Assembly (NCBI GenBank): GCA_024275795.1
Contig: JAJRYJ010000049.1
Location: forward strand, 1 to 57,335
Reading direction: 5' to 3'
Source of the DNA: Actinomycetes bacterium
GTDB lineage: Bacteria > Actinomycetota > Thermoleophilia > BMS3ABIN01
Length of the DNA stretch: 57,335 nucleotides
Translations under genes and position numbers: made by a program
The notes under the pieces: generated by a model
What the model was told of the DNA's origin: nothing
Databases searched by the model: none
The model's input: the letters and a program-made list of their open reading frames with translations, nothing else
Shown here: positions 27,249 to 37,531 of the stretch, in pieces
Layout of the letters: the number at the start of each line of letters is the position of its first letter
How positions within the stretch are numbered: position 1 is the stretch's first letter

Positions 27249-29357
27249 TTACCTGCCGGCGGCGGCCGCCACCAGTATGGGATTCCCCAGCCTCAGCAGC
27301 AGCGCCGCGACACGGCTCACCAGGGCCAGACGGTTCGCGCGGACGCGCTCATCCTCAGCCATCACCAGCACATCGTCGAAGAACCTGTCCACCGGCTCCC
27401 TCAGCGCCGACGCAGACTCCAGCGCCCCCGCGTAATCGCGGCGCTCAACGGCCTCTTCAAGCCGCGGCTCCAGCGCCTCCAGCTGCTTGAGCAGCGCCCC
27501 CTCCGCCTCGTGCTCGAACAGGGAGGGGTCCACCTCGCCGGGGATGTCCCCGCCCGCCTTGGCGGCGATCTTTGAACAGCGGAAATAGGCGGTATGCAGA
27601 TTCTCGAAGAGCTTATCCGCCCTGAATTCATCCAGTGCCCGCGCCAGCTCCAGCAGTCGCAGGGGGCTGCCTACACCGGAGGCGCGCGCCGCCTCGAAGA
27701 CCTCAACGGGCATGCCCTGCTCCACCTCGCGGCCCTGCATGCGGTCGTAGGCGAAGTCCAGCATGGCGCCGGCGATGGCGGCGCTCCTGTCAACGTCGGC
27801 CTTCTGCTCGATGTAGAGCTGGTGTCCCGTCGACAACAGCTTCAGGAGATCGATGTCCAGCTCGAAGCTCTCGGCGATGGCGGCGATTCCCACCGCGGCC
27901 CGCCTGAGGCCGTAAGGATCGCGGGAACCCGTGGGCTGTTCATCCACCGACCAGGCGCCGACTATGTTATCCACCTTGTCGGCGATGGCAAGCAGGGCGC
28001 CGGCGATGGTCCGCGGCAGCTCGCCGCCCGCGGACGTGGGGAGATACTGTTCGGCGATGGCCTCGCAGACGTCGCCCGGATAGCCTTCCATGCGCGCGTA
28101 GACCGAGCCGATATAACCCTCCAGATCCGAGAACTCCTGGACCATGACGCTCACCAGGTCGGCCTTGGACAGCCCCGCCGCCGTGACAGCCGCCCCGGCA
28201 GCGTCTTCATCGATGCCCAGTTCATCGGCCAGGGAAGCCACCAGGCGTTTGAGCCTCGCGGTCTTGTCCGCCAGCGTTCCCAGCCGCCTGTGGTATACGA
28301 CGTCAGTCAGACCGTCGTTCATGGCCTCTATCCCTTTGGCCAAATCCTTATCGAATGAGAACTCCGCATCCTCGATGCGTCCCTCCAGGATGCGCTCGTT
28401 GCCCTCGATGATGGCGGCGGAATGTTCCGGGCCGGCGTTTGAGACGAAGAGGAAACCGTTGAGTAGCTCCCCCGCCTTGTCGATCAGCGGGAAGTAGCGC
28501 TGATGGGACTGCATGGCGGTGATCAGCACCCGGTCCGGAAGGCGCAGGTGTTCCTCCCCGAACGAGCCGGCCAGTACCGTGGGATACTCCACCAGGTAGA
28601 GCACCTCCTCCAGCTTGCCTCCGGGATCGCTGTAGACCGCCCCTCCGGCGGCCGCCCGCTCCGCCAGGCCCTCGGTGATCAGGCGCCGGCGCTCTGCCTG
28701 GTCCGCCATGACGCTCATGGACTCCAATATATCCAGATAGTCACCCGCGGATCCTATCTCCGCCTCCCCATCGGAGAGGAAGCGATGGCCACGGGAAGAG
28801 CCGCCGCTTGTCAGCCCGAAGGCCTCGAACTTGATGGTCCGCCCGCCGAACTTGGTCACCAGCCAGCGTACCGGACGGGAGAAGCTGAAGCCGCTGCCAT
28901 CCCAGCGCATGGTCTTGGGGAAGAGGAAACCCGTGAGTATCCGCCTGCAGATGTCGGGCAGCAGCTCGGGCACGGGGCTGCCGCTGCTCAGGTGCACGGC
29001 GAAGACGAACTCCCTGCCCTGGTGTTCCCTGACCTGGAGATCGGCCACCGGAACCCCCTTGGCCCTGGCGAACCCCTCGGCGGCCCTGGTCGGCCTGCCC
29101 TCCTCGTCGAAGGCGGCTGCCGCCGCAGGCCCGCGTTCGACCGTCTCCTCGTCCTCCTGGACCCCGGGGACAGCTTCGGCGAAAATGGCGATGCGCCGTG
29201 GTGAGACCCATGCGCTGACCGCCCGCTCCTCGAGGGTGATGCGATGGGCGGCAAATGCTTCGATCGCCAGGGGAACAGCCTGTGTCAGCGCCGATGCGGC
29301 GGCGGCGGCCGGCAGCTCCTCCACGCCGATCTCGAAGAGGAAATCAGCGGTGCTCAT
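27249..29357 (-). CDS. glyS: Glycyl-tRNA synthetase beta subunit
   Basis: 702 aa and GlyS-like throughout. ATGA overlap with glyQ. Confidence 0.95.
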   Translation of the reverse strand: MSTADFLFEIGVEELPAAAAASALTQAVPLAIEAFAAHRITLEERAVSAWVSPRRIAIFAEAVPGVQEDEETVERGPAAAAAFDEEGRPTRAAEGFARAKGVPVADLQVREHQGREFVFAVHLSSGSPVPELLPDICRRILTGFLFPKTMRWDGSGFSFSRPVRWLVTKFGGRTIKFEAFGLTSGGSSRGHRFLSDGEAEIGSAGDYLDILESMSVMADQAERRRLITEGLAERAAAGGAVYSDPGGKLEEVLYLVEYPTVLAGSFGEEHLRLPDRVLITAMQSHQRYFPLIDKAGELLNGFLFVSNAGPEHSAAIIEGNERILEGRIEDAEFSFDKDLAKGIEAMNDGLTDVVYHRRLGTLADKTARLKRLVASLADELGIDEDAAGAAVTAAGLSKADLVSVMVQEFSDLEGYIGSVYARMEGYPGDVCEAIAEQYLPTSAGGELPRTIAGALLAIADKVDNIVGAWSVDEQPTGSRDPYGLRRAAVGIAAIAESFELDIDLLKLLSTGHQLYIEQKADVDRSAAIAGAMLDFAYDRMQGREVEQGMPVEVFEAARASGVGSPLRLLELARALDEFRADKLFENLHTAYFRCSKIAAKAGGDIPGEVDPSLFEHEAEGALLKQLEALEPRLEEAVERRDYAGALESASALREPVDRFFDDVLVMAEDERVRANRLALVSRVAALLLRLGNPILVAAAAGR

Positions 29358-30217
29358 GCTTCCTCCCCTCCCTGCTTCAGGTACATCTCGGCGCAGCGTC
29401 GCGCCAGGTTGCGGACGCGGCCGATGTAGCCGGTGCGGTCAGTGACGCTGATGACACCTCGGGAGTCCAGCAGGTTGAAAGCGTGGGAGCACTTGAGCAC
29501 GTAATCATAGGCGGCCAGCGGCAGTTCGCGCGCCAGGCAGCGTTCACATTCCTGCTCGTAATCGGTGAAGTGGGCGGCGAGCATCTCCGTGTCGGCCACC
29601 TCGAAATTGTAGCGCGACCACTGGACTTCGCTTTCGTGATAGACGTCTCCGTAGCTGACGCCCTCGGCCCACTGCAGGTCGTAGACGCTGTCCTGCTTCT
29701 GCAGGTACATGGCGATACGCTCCAGGCCGTAAGTGAGTTCCACGGATACCGGGTCCAGGTCGATGCCACCCACCTGCTGGAAATAGGTGAACTGGGTGAT
29801 CTCCATGCCGTCTATCCAGACCTCCCAGCCCAGGCCCCAGGCGCCCAGGGTAGGGCCCTCCCAGTCATCCTCGACGAAGCGCACGTCGTGCTCCGCCGGA
29901 TCCATGCCCAAGGCCCGCAGCGACTCCAGGTAGACGTCCTGCACGTCGGCGGGCGCCGGCTTGAGGATCACCTGGAACTGGTAATAGTGGGCGAGCCTGT
30001 AGGGATTCTCCCCGTAACGGCCGTCCGTCGGCCTGATGCAGGGCTCCACGTAGGCGACGCGCCAGTGTCTGTCGTCGAGACAGCGCAGGAAAGTTGCCGG
30101 ATTGAAGGTTCCCGCCCCCACTTCCGTATGGTATGGCTGCATGAGCACACAGCCCCTGCCGGCCCAGTATTCCTGCAGGGTCAGTATTATCTCTTGGAAG
30201 GTGGGATAGTGGGTCAA
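29354..30217 (-). CDS. glyQ: Glycyl-tRNA synthetase alpha subunit
   Basis: 287 aa. It has the highly conserved GlyQ blocks [12 protein letters not shown], [19 protein letters not shown] and [14 protein letters not shown]. Confidence 0.95.
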   Translation of the reverse strand: MTHYPTFQEIILTLQEYWAGRGCVLMQPYHTEVGAGTFNPATFLRCLDDRHWRVAYVEPCIRPTDGRYGENPYRLAHYYQFQVILKPAPADVQDVYLESLRALGMDPAEHDVRFVEDDWEGPTLGAWGLGWEVWIDGMEITQFTYFQQVGGIDLDPVSVELTYGLERIAMYLQKQDSVYDLQWAEGVSYGDVYHESEVQWSRYNFEVADTEMLAAHFTDYEQECERCLARELPLAAYDYVLKCSHAFNLLDSRGVISVTDRTGYIGRVRNLARRCAEMYLKQGGEEA

Positions 30218-30341
30218 AGCGGGGACTAATTCTATAAAACGCAGGGAGGATTAACAAGTTCCGCGCCGCCCGGACAGACGGCCGCCGGGGGTCTATGGCC
30301 TCGCTGGTGATGAATCGCGGCTTTAATGATAAAATCAGTCC

Positions 30342-31229
30342 ATGACAGAAAGCGTTATACATAAAGGGGGCCGGAGACACGGCGGCGTCAGTGCCGCCAT
30401 CAAGGGCTCCGTAACGCTCCCCATGTTCCTGTTCCCGGCGCTCCTCTTCACACTGCTGCTGGTTGGTTGCGGCACCAGCGAGAAGTCCAGCGAGTTTTCC
30501 AGCACGCCGGCCCAGATTGATTCTCAGCCCATCGTGGAAGTAGGCGCCGGACCCGTAGAGGCGGAAACGCTGACCGCTGGCGACCTTGCGCTGGACGAGG
30601 GCTCCATCTCCATCTTCTACTCCAACTCGACCCGCTCAGACGTGCAGGTGTCCTTCGACCTCGAGGGTCCCTGGGATTTCACGGAGGGGCCGGACGCCTT
30701 CACGCTGACCATGGAGAACGTGAACGCGGCCGACGCGCCTTTCGCCGAGGATTTCCCGGACGCCGCCGTGGCGGTATATTCCTCATGGACGCCGGCGCTG
30801 ATCGAACCCATGTACAGTTTCCAGAATGTGGACAGCGGCGCCTGGCGGGCTTTCGGCGATGCCAGCGAGACCAGGATCGTCAGCTTTTCCGGGCCGTCGC
30901 GGGTGCTGCTCTTCCCTGCACGTGTCGGTGACGAGTGGACGGATACCTATACCCGGACGGAAGACGACGAGGAAACGGAGATCGTCGCCGAGAACCGCAT
31001 CGTCTCCTATAACCGCCTGGAGGTCCCTGCCGGAGAATATGACGCTTTCCTGCTGCAGACGCGGATCACGGCAACCAGCAACCGCAAATCCGTCACGACC
31101 TGGGACTACACATGGATCGTCCCCGGCATCGGCAGGGCGGCGGAGATTGTCAGCATGCCGGACGAGGAAGATGAGGTCTTCGACCGCGCCTACAGTTTCT
31201 ACCGCCTCGAGAGCACCAGCAGCGCCTGA
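30342..31229 (+). CDS. Putative lipoprotein, function unknown
   Basis: It has a signal peptide with the lipobox LLVGC. No domain was recognised. An alternative start is ATG 30423. Confidence 0.7.
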   Translation: MTESVIHKGGRRHGGVSAAIKGSVTLPMFLFPALLFTLLLVGCGTSEKSSEFSSTPAQIDSQPIVEVGAGPVEAETLTAGDLALDEGSISIFYSNSTRSDVQVSFDLEGPWDFTEGPDAFTLTMENVNAADAPFAEDFPDAAVAVYSSWTPALIEPMYSFQNVDSGAWRAFGDASETRIVSFSGPSRVLLFPARVGDEWTDTYTRTEDDEETEIVAENRIVSYNRLEVPAGEYDAFLLQTRITATSNRKSVTTWDYTWIVPGIGRAAEIVSMPDEEDEVFDRAYSFYRLESTSSA

Positions 31230-31256
31230 GCCGCCGGGCTGCCCATCCTCAACGGC

Positions 31257-31991
31257 ATGCCCCGCACCTACAGCACCGAAGCTATCGTCCTCGGCTCCCA
31301 CAAGTTCGGCGAGGCGGACCGCGTCGTGATGATGCTGACCAGAGAACAGGGCAAGGTCCCGACGGTAGTCAAGGGCGTGCGCAAGCTCAAGTCGCGCTTC
31401 GGGGGGCGCCTGGAACCATTCACGCAGATACAGGCGCAGCTATATGCAGGCCGCAACCTGCATACGCTCACGGGAGCGGATACCATCACCACCCATGCCG
31501 CCCTGCGCGCAGAACCAGCGATGCTCAATGCGGGCCTCGCCTTCATCGACATGCTCAACCGCGCTATCCCCGAGTTCGAGCGTCGGCCACGCACCTTTAA
31601 TCTTGTCAACAACTACCTCGCGGTAGCGGAGACCGTTGCCGGCACGGGCGACCGGCCTGCCGTGCGCTCCCTCACCCTGGGTGCACAGCTAAAGCTGTTG
31701 TTGCTGGCGGGCTACCTGCCGCACCTGTCCCACTGCGCCGCCTGCGGTTCCACTGGTCCGCTGGAGCGTTTCTCCGCCGCCGACGGCGGCGCCGTCTGCC
31801 GGGATTGCGGTGACGGCTCATTCACCGTGTCTCTGGAAACGCTGGAGGCGATGCGTGCCCTGCTTGAGAACCCGCTTGCGGACGCGCCGGCGATGCGGCT
31901 GGATGAGGGAAGCGCGCGCGAACTCTGGCTGTGCCTGAGGGAGATCTGCCGTTTCCACCTGGGGTTCGACCTCAAACTGAAACCCTTTTGA
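31257..31991 (+). CDS. recO: DNA repair protein RecO
   Basis: It has the N-terminal OB-fold pattern (EAIVLGSHKFGEADRVV..LT...G) and the C-terminal Cys cluster CAACG..(14)..CRDC. Confidence 0.9.
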   Translation: MPRTYSTEAIVLGSHKFGEADRVVMMLTREQGKVPTVVKGVRKLKSRFGGRLEPFTQIQAQLYAGRNLHTLTGADTITTHAALRAEPAMLNAGLAFIDMLNRAIPEFERRPRTFNLVNNYLAVAETVAGTGDRPAVRSLTLGAQLKLLLLAGYLPHLSHCAACGSTGPLERFSAADGGAVCRDCGDGSFTVSLETLEAMRALLENPLADAPAMRLDEGSARELWLCLREICRFHLGFDLKLKPF

Positions 31992-31995
31992 CTAT

Positions 31996-32118
31996 TGAGG
32001 GACGTTGGTTCACAAACTTCAATAACTTGTGAGCTAACGAGCCGAACAAGCAACTGAATAACTGAAGCAATTAAAGCAACGACCCAAAGTTATTGAAGTT
32101 TGTGAACCAACGTCCCTA
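31996..32118. repeat. Palindromic REPIN/MITE-like element, copy 3. Arms are 31996-32024 and 32091-32118 with a 66-nt spacer.
   Basis: The left arm TGAGGGACGTTGGTTCACAAACTTCAATA pairs with the right arm TATTGAAGTTTGTGAACCAACGTCCCTA with one missing base. The element fills the gap between the recO and mltG stop codons. Confidence 0.85.
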
Positions 32119-32119
32119 T

Positions 32120-33118
32120 TCACTGCTGCATCCGCAGGAACTCGTCGTAGTCGCGGGTGAAGAAATGGTGCCCCTCCTCGTCGCCCGTCGCCACGTAGAA
32201 AAGGTAATCCACGGGCGCCGGTTCGAGGGCGGCCTCGATGGCCGCGATGCCGGGGTTGCAGATGGGGCCCGGTGGCAATCCCTCATAAAGACGCGTGTTA
32301 TAGGGTGAGTCGATCTGCAGGTCGACTACGGTCAGGTCCGCCTTCCAGCTTCCGAGGGCGTACTGCACGGTGGCGTCCACCTCGAGCTTCATGCCCTCGG
32401 AGAGCCGGTTATAGATCACGGCTGCCACCAGGGGGCGTTCCTCGGGCACCCGGGCCTCCCTCTCGATCAACGATGCTACCACCAGCACCTGGTATTCGCT
32501 GAGGCCGAGTTCCTTCGCTTTTCCCCAGTCAAGATCGCCGGTCTGCTCCTTGAAGGTTGCCAGCTGCATGTCCACTATCTCATCAGCATTGCTTACCTGC
32601 TCCAGGTCATATGTGCTGGGAAACAGGAAGCCTTCCAGGCTGGAAGCCTTCTCAACCCCCGACAGCGGCAGTCGGCGGCCGTCCACGCGCGTGGCGATGA
32701 CATATTCCTGGCTGCTGATATCCGTCTTCTCCTCCACCAGCAGGGCGATATCATTGATGCTGTAGCCTTCCGGTACCGTCAGCACCCCCTCCGGAGACTG
32801 CTCCCCGCGCTGCAGCCTCCCCAGAATCTCCTCCATGGGCTCACCGCGCTGGAAGCGGTAGGTCCCCGGCTTGAGATCCTGTTCTACACCCATCTCACCT
32901 GCAAGCTTCAGGAACTCCTTTTCGTCCTCGATCACGTCCTCCTCCAGCAGCTGGTGCGCGATGCCGGCGGTGCTGCTGCCCGGCTCGATATAGATGGTCG
33001 CCTCTCCCGTCCTCCTCTCGCCTGAACAGGCGCTGAAAAAAGCGGTCAGCAACAGCGCCGCCGTGCCTGCAAGCAGCACCAGGGCCGCGATCCTGCGTAT
33101 CCAGTAGCGCCTGCGCAT
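32120..33118 (-). CDS. mltG: Endolytic murein transglycosylase MltG (YceG-like)
   Basis: It has an N-terminal TM segment plus the motifs EGFLFPSTY and ASLIEREA. Confidence 0.9.
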   Translation of the reverse strand: MRRRYWIRRIAALVLLAGTAALLLTAFFSACSGERRTGEATIYIEPGSSTAGIAHQLLEEDVIEDEKEFLKLAGEMGVEQDLKPGTYRFQRGEPMEEILGRLQRGEQSPEGVLTVPEGYSINDIALLVEEKTDISSQEYVIATRVDGRRLPLSGVEKASSLEGFLFPSTYDLEQVSNADEIVDMQLATFKEQTGDLDWGKAKELGLSEYQVLVVASLIEREARVPEERPLVAAVIYNRLSEGMKLEVDATVQYALGSWKADLTVVDLQIDSPYNTRLYEGLPPGPICNPGIAAIEAALEPAPVDYLFYVATGDEEGHHFFTRDYDEFLRMQQ

Positions 33119-33120
33119 GC

Positions 33121-33573
33121 CTATTCCCCCCGTTCGTCCCCCGGGTCTCCGGCCTCCCCGGTGGACCCGGAGCGGCGGGCATGTTCTGCCGAGCCCAGGT
33201 AATCTTCCAGCAGGCAGCAGGCCGCCAGGCTGTGCTCCGAGGCGTCGGAGCCCCGGCCTTTCACCGCAGCTATCTTGCTGGTGAAGCGCTCGTCCCAGCT
33301 GATCGTCGGTATGGGGTCCAGTGATTCCGCCAGTACCTTGAGTAACTCTGCCGTCTCGCGCGCCTGGGCGCCGGCTTCACCGTTAAGGGACAGGGGCATT
33401 CCCACGATGACCAGTTCCGCCCTCTCCGCCTGCACGAGTTTCCTGATGCGGCTGATACCGGCTTCCGCGGCGGCATGGCCGATCTCGTCCAGGGGTCGGA
33501 CGACGGTGCCTGTGGGGTCGGAAACCGCCGCGCCGGTACTGACACGGCCATAGTCCAGCGCAAGCACTCTCAT
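33121..33573 (-). CDS. ruvX: Putative pre-16S rRNA nuclease / Holliday-junction-resolvase-like YqgF
   Basis: It has MRVLALDYGRVSTGAAVSD ... VIVGMPLSLNG ... DERFTS. The start is trimmed to ATG 33573 to remove the overlap with alaS. Confidence 0.88.
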   Translation of the reverse strand: MRVLALDYGRVSTGAAVSDPTGTVVRPLDEIGHAAAEAGISRIRKLVQAERAELVIVGMPLSLNGEAGAQARETAELLKVLAESLDPIPTISWDERFTSKIAAVKGRGSDASEHSLAACCLLEDYLGSAEHARRSGSTGEAGDPGDERGE

Positions 33574-33604
33574 TGTACGGTTCCACGGGTCACAGCGGGC
33601 ATGC

Positions 33605-36229
33605 TCAGCTTGCCAGTTCCCGCCGCAGCCACTCGCGCGCGCGCTCAAGGGCAGCCTCGATGCCGGAGGCGTCTCCGCCGCCGCCACGGGCCATATTCGG
33701 CCTGCCGCCGCCCTTGCCCCCCACCAGCGGCGCTACCTCCTTCATCAGGTCGCCTGCGCGCGCGCCCCGCTCCACGACCTGGTCGCTGAAGCCGGCCACC
33801 AGCACGGCCTTGCCGCCCAAGTCAGCAGCCAGCACCACGGCGGCTGCACCCATTTCGTCTTTCAAACTGTCGGAAAGCTCCATCAGGTCATCGGCCGAGC
33901 CCGCCTCGACGGCCGCCGCAACAACCTTGATGCCGTCTATGTCCTCGGCCCCGGAGACCAACTTACCACTCATGCCAGCGACCCTGTCGCGGTTTACAAC
34001 CTCGGCCACCCGCCGCAACTCCCTGAGCTCCTCCTTGAGAGCGGTTATGGCGTCCGGCAAGCGTTCAGGCTCCGTCCTGAGCTCAGCGGCCAGCGTCGCC
34101 ACCAGGCGGTCGCGCCCGCGCAGGAAATCGATGGCCTCCCGGGAAGTGACAGCCTCGATACGCCTGAGGTTGGCGCCGACGCTGGACTCGGAGATGATCT
34201 TGAAAGCACCGATCTGCGCCGTACTGGTGACATGTGTGCCGCCGCAGAGCTCCCGGCTGAAATCGCCCACCTCGATCACGCGCACGTATTCGCCGTATTT
34301 ATCGTCGAACAGGGCGATGGCTCCCATGTCGCGCGCGTAGTCCATGGAGGTGGTAAAGGCCTTGACCTGGTGGTTCTCGATTATCTTGCGGTTGACGATG
34401 TCCTCCAGGCGTGAGATCTGCTCGTCGCTCAGTCCTTTACTGTGGCTGAAATCGAAGCGCAGCTTGTCCGGGCCCACGAAGGAACCGGCCTGGCGCACCT
34501 GCTCGCCCAGCAGGAACCTGAGAGCGTGCTGCAAAAGATGTGTGGCCGTGTGGTTGCATGCGACCGCATGCCGCCTGACACGATTGATCATCGCCTTGGC
34601 GCGCGCCCCCGCATCAACGCGGCCCTCCTCGATTTCCGCCAGTATCACCTGGTCGTCGTCCAGCCTGAGCACGTCCAGCACCGTCACCTTGCCATCCTCA
34701 GTGTGAATCCAGCCAGTGTCCGCAATCTGGCCGCCGCCCTCTGCATAGAAGGGCGATTCCCTCAGCTTCAGCGCCACCAGCCCGCCCTCCAGTTCGCGCA
34801 AGTCACCGATGGAAGTGTGCAACTCGTTCTTCTGGTAGCCGACGAAATCGCTGTGAACCTTGGCCTCGCGGCCGAGCTCCAGCATCGCCTGCCGCTCCCC
34901 GGCTCCCACGGCCTTGGCGGAAGTGCGTGCCCGCAGGCGCTGCTCATCCATCAGCCGGTCGAACTCCTCCTGGTCCACCCGCAGGCCTTCTTCGGCGGCG
35001 ATCTCACTTGTCAGGTCGTAGGGGAAACCGTAGGTGTCGTGCAGGCGGAAGGCCACTTCGCCCTCCAGCATGTTCCCCCCGGCCGCCTTGATGCTGTCGA
35101 TGGCCTCGGCAAGGATGGCGTTGCCCTGCTCCAGGGTCAGGCCGAAGCGCTCCTCCTCCTGGCGAGCCGTGTCCTCGATCATCGCCCGGTTCTCCCGAAG
35201 CTCGGGGTAGACTTCCCCCATGGTCTCGATCACCCGGTCGCAGAGGACAGCAAGGAAGGGGGCGCCGATATCCAGCGTCGAGGCCGCCTGGATCGCCCGG
35301 CGCATCACGCGCCTGAGCACATACCCGCGGCCCTCGTTGCCCGCGAAGACGCCGGCGCTGACCAGGAAGGTGATAGCGCGGCTGTGGTCCGCCAGCACGC
35401 GCATGGCGCGATCCGAGCGCTGCTCCCTGCCGTAACTCACGCCTGCCCTTTCGGCAACGAAGTCGATGAGCGGCCTGAAGATATCCGTGTCGAAGACGCT
35501 CAGCTGCCGCTCCATCACGGCCGTGATGCGCTCCAGGCCCATACCAGTGTCCACGTTCTGCTTCGGCAGAGGAGTGAGCTCGCCCGCCTCGTCGCGATTG
35601 TACTGCATGAAGACCAGGTTCCAGTATTCGACGAAACGGTCGCAGTCGCAGCCGGGCGCGCAGTCCGGCTCGCCGCAGCCGGCGTCCTCTCCCAGGTCGT
35701 AATAAAGCTCGGTACAGGGTCCGCAGGGGCCCGTGGGGCCCGCCGACCAGAAGTTCTCGCTGGCGGGAAGGGCAACGATGCGCTCCGGCGCCATGCCCGC
35801 CGCCTTCCAGCTTCCCAGGGCCTCTTCGTCCGCCGGCACCTGTTCATCTCCTTCGAAGATGCTCACCCAGATGCGGGAGACATCGAGGTCCAGCACGTCC
35901 GTGGAGTAGCGCCAGGCGAGGTCGATGGCTCCTTCCTTGAAATAATCTCCAAAAGAGAAGTTGCCGAGCATCTCGAAGAAGGTGAGGTGGCGGGCGGTCT
36001 TGCCCACCAGGTCGATGTCAGTGGTACGGAAGCATTTCTGGCAGGTAGTCAGGCGCGGGTGCGGCGGTTCCTTGAGGCCCAGGAAATAGGGCTTGAACTG
36101 CTGCATCCCCGCGGTCGTGAGCAGGACCGAAGGGTCCCCGACCGGCACCAGCGATGAGCTGGCGCGGCTCTGATGGCCGTTCTCGACGAAAAAATCAATG
36201 AAGCTGGAGCGGATCTCGTGACTCTTCAA
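33605..36229 (-). CDS. alaS: Alanyl-tRNA synthetase
   Basis: 874 aa. It has the N-terminus KSHEIRSSFIDFFVENGH and the editing-domain motifs HTATHLL and CGGTH. The start is TTG at 36229, the most upstream start in the frame. Confidence 0.95.
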   Translation of the reverse strand: MKSHEIRSSFIDFFVENGHQSRASSSLVPVGDPSVLLTTAGMQQFKPYFLGLKEPPHPRLTTCQKCFRTTDIDLVGKTARHLTFFEMLGNFSFGDYFKEGAIDLAWRYSTDVLDLDVSRIWVSIFEGDEQVPADEEALGSWKAAGMAPERIVALPASENFWSAGPTGPCGPCTELYYDLGEDAGCGEPDCAPGCDCDRFVEYWNLVFMQYNRDEAGELTPLPKQNVDTGMGLERITAVMERQLSVFDTDIFRPLIDFVAERAGVSYGREQRSDRAMRVLADHSRAITFLVSAGVFAGNEGRGYVLRRVMRRAIQAASTLDIGAPFLAVLCDRVIETMGEVYPELRENRAMIEDTARQEEERFGLTLEQGNAILAEAIDSIKAAGGNMLEGEVAFRLHDTYGFPYDLTSEIAAEEGLRVDQEEFDRLMDEQRLRARTSAKAVGAGERQAMLELGREAKVHSDFVGYQKNELHTSIGDLRELEGGLVALKLRESPFYAEGGGQIADTGWIHTEDGKVTVLDVLRLDDDQVILAEIEEGRVDAGARAKAMINRVRRHAVACNHTATHLLQHALRFLLGEQVRQAGSFVGPDKLRFDFSHSKGLSDEQISRLEDIVNRKIIENHQVKAFTTSMDYARDMGAIALFDDKYGEYVRVIEVGDFSRELCGGTHVTSTAQIGAFKIISESSVGANLRRIEAVTSREAIDFLRGRDRLVATLAAELRTEPERLPDAITALKEELRELRRVAEVVNRDRVAGMSGKLVSGAEDIDGIKVVAAAVEAGSADDLMELSDSLKDEMGAAAVVLAADLGGKAVLVAGFSDQVVERGARAGDLMKEVAPLVGGKGGGRPNMARGGGGDASGIEAALERAREWLRRELAS

Positions 36230-37049
36230 GCGGTACTGTGTTCTCCTTTCCTTCCCGCTTGGAAATCTCCGCGCGCACCTTGACGAGAGCTCTCCTGATC
36301 AGGCGGGACACATGCATCTGTGATACGCCTATGTTCGCCGCTATTTGCGACTGAGTCAAGCCCTCGAAGAAGCGCTGGTGCAGGATGCGCCGCTCGCGTT
36401 CGTTGAGCTGGGCGAAACCTGGTTCCAGTATCAGCCGCTTCTCCGCCGTCTCGAATCCGGCCTCCTCGTCACCGATTGTCTCCAGCGGCAGCCGCTCATC
36501 ATCACCATCCCTGGGGCCGAGGGCGTGGTCGAGAGACAGGGAGCTGCGGGAACGGCCGGCCTCGATGGCCTCCATCACCTCTTCCGGAGCGGCCCCTACG
36601 GCCTCCGCCAGTTCCTGGATGGTGGGCGAGCGATGCAGGCTGCCCGCCAGGTCTCCCATGACCTGCTCCAGTTGCATGTTGAGCTCCAGCAGTCCGCGCG
36701 GAACCTTCACGGCCCAGCCCTTGTCACGGAAATAGCGCTTGATCTCGCCGATGATGTTGGGGGTGGCGTAGGTTGAGAGGGCTACGCCGCGGTCCAGGTC
36801 GAAGCGGTCGATGGCCTTGATGAGGCCGATGCAGCCCACCTGCACCAGGTCCTCCAGCTGCTCCCCGCGCTGGCAGTAGCGGCGTGAGACACCGTAAACC
36901 AGAGGCAGGTAGCGCATGATCAGTTCGTCGCGCGCCCTGGTATCGCCTGAACGGCAATAGGCCTTGAGCAGTTCCTTCTCGCCCATCTGGCCGAGATGGC
37001 CGGGCGGTGGTCCGATAGTGGATTGACTGGGATGACAAACAGTACTCAT
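36195..37049 (-). CDS. Group 3 alternative sigma factor (SigB/SigF/SigG-like)
   Basis: It has region 2 (DLVQVGCIGLIKAIDRFD, STYATPNIIGEIKRYFRD) and region 4 (LTQSQIAANIGVSQMHVSRL). ATG 37049 is preceded by GGAGGTG. Its 3' end overlaps the alaS start by 35 nt. Confidence 0.85.
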   Translation of the reverse strand: MSTVCHPSQSTIGPPPGHLGQMGEKELLKAYCRSGDTRARDELIMRYLPLVYGVSRRYCQRGEQLEDLVQVGCIGLIKAIDRFDLDRGVALSTYATPNIIGEIKRYFRDKGWAVKVPRGLLELNMQLEQVMGDLAGSLHRSPTIQELAEAVGAAPEEVMEAIEAGRSRSSLSLDHALGPRDGDDERLPLETIGDEEAGFETAEKRLILEPGFAQLNERERRILHQRFFEGLTQSQIAANIGVSQMHVSRLIRRALVKVRAEISKREGKENTVPLEESRDPLQLH

Positions 37050-37248
37050 GATCCACCTCCATCGATACCAGTCTCCTGCCCGGGGAGACTTTTGCCCCAA
37101 AAATTCGATAGTAGTGGTTGCCCCAACCGTAAAAAGCCTTGAAGCCCGCTACTTGCCGCGCCTGCCTCGACCTTCTTACCCAGCGTCCGCGAGGTCTGCC
37201 CCTTATCGGCACTTTCTCAGGAAACTTTAGCCTCAGTGCCTCAGGTCT

Positions 37249-37530
37249 TCAGACTACGGCGTCCGGGACCTCCTGCCGGTCGGATTCCTGTCCAGCCAGC
37301 TCCCGCTCTATCTCCTCCTCTCTCTCGGTGGCCGCCTGCCTGCCGGCGGCCATGGCCTGCTTCAGCCTGGCCTGCCATTCGCTGCCCGCTTCCTTCAGCT
37401 CCTGCGGCAGGTTTTCCAGTACCGTCACCAAGTCCCTGCCGGTGACGTTGCTGCGATACTGGGCGAAGGCCAGCACAGCGCCTGCACCCAGCCCCATCAG
37501 CCAGCCCATCCTGAAGAACAGCCTTCCCAT
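37249..37530 (-). CDS. YtxH-like small membrane/stress protein
   Basis: It has an N-terminal hydrophobic GLGAGAV segment followed by a charged helical tail. ATG 37530 is preceded by GGAGGTG, 1 nt after the upstream stop. Confidence 0.65.
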   Translation of the reverse strand: MGRLFFRMGWLMGLGAGAVLAFAQYRSNVTGRDLVTVLENLPQELKEAGSEWQARLKQAMAAGRQAATEREEEIERELAGQESDRQEVPDAVV

Positions 37531-37531
37531 C

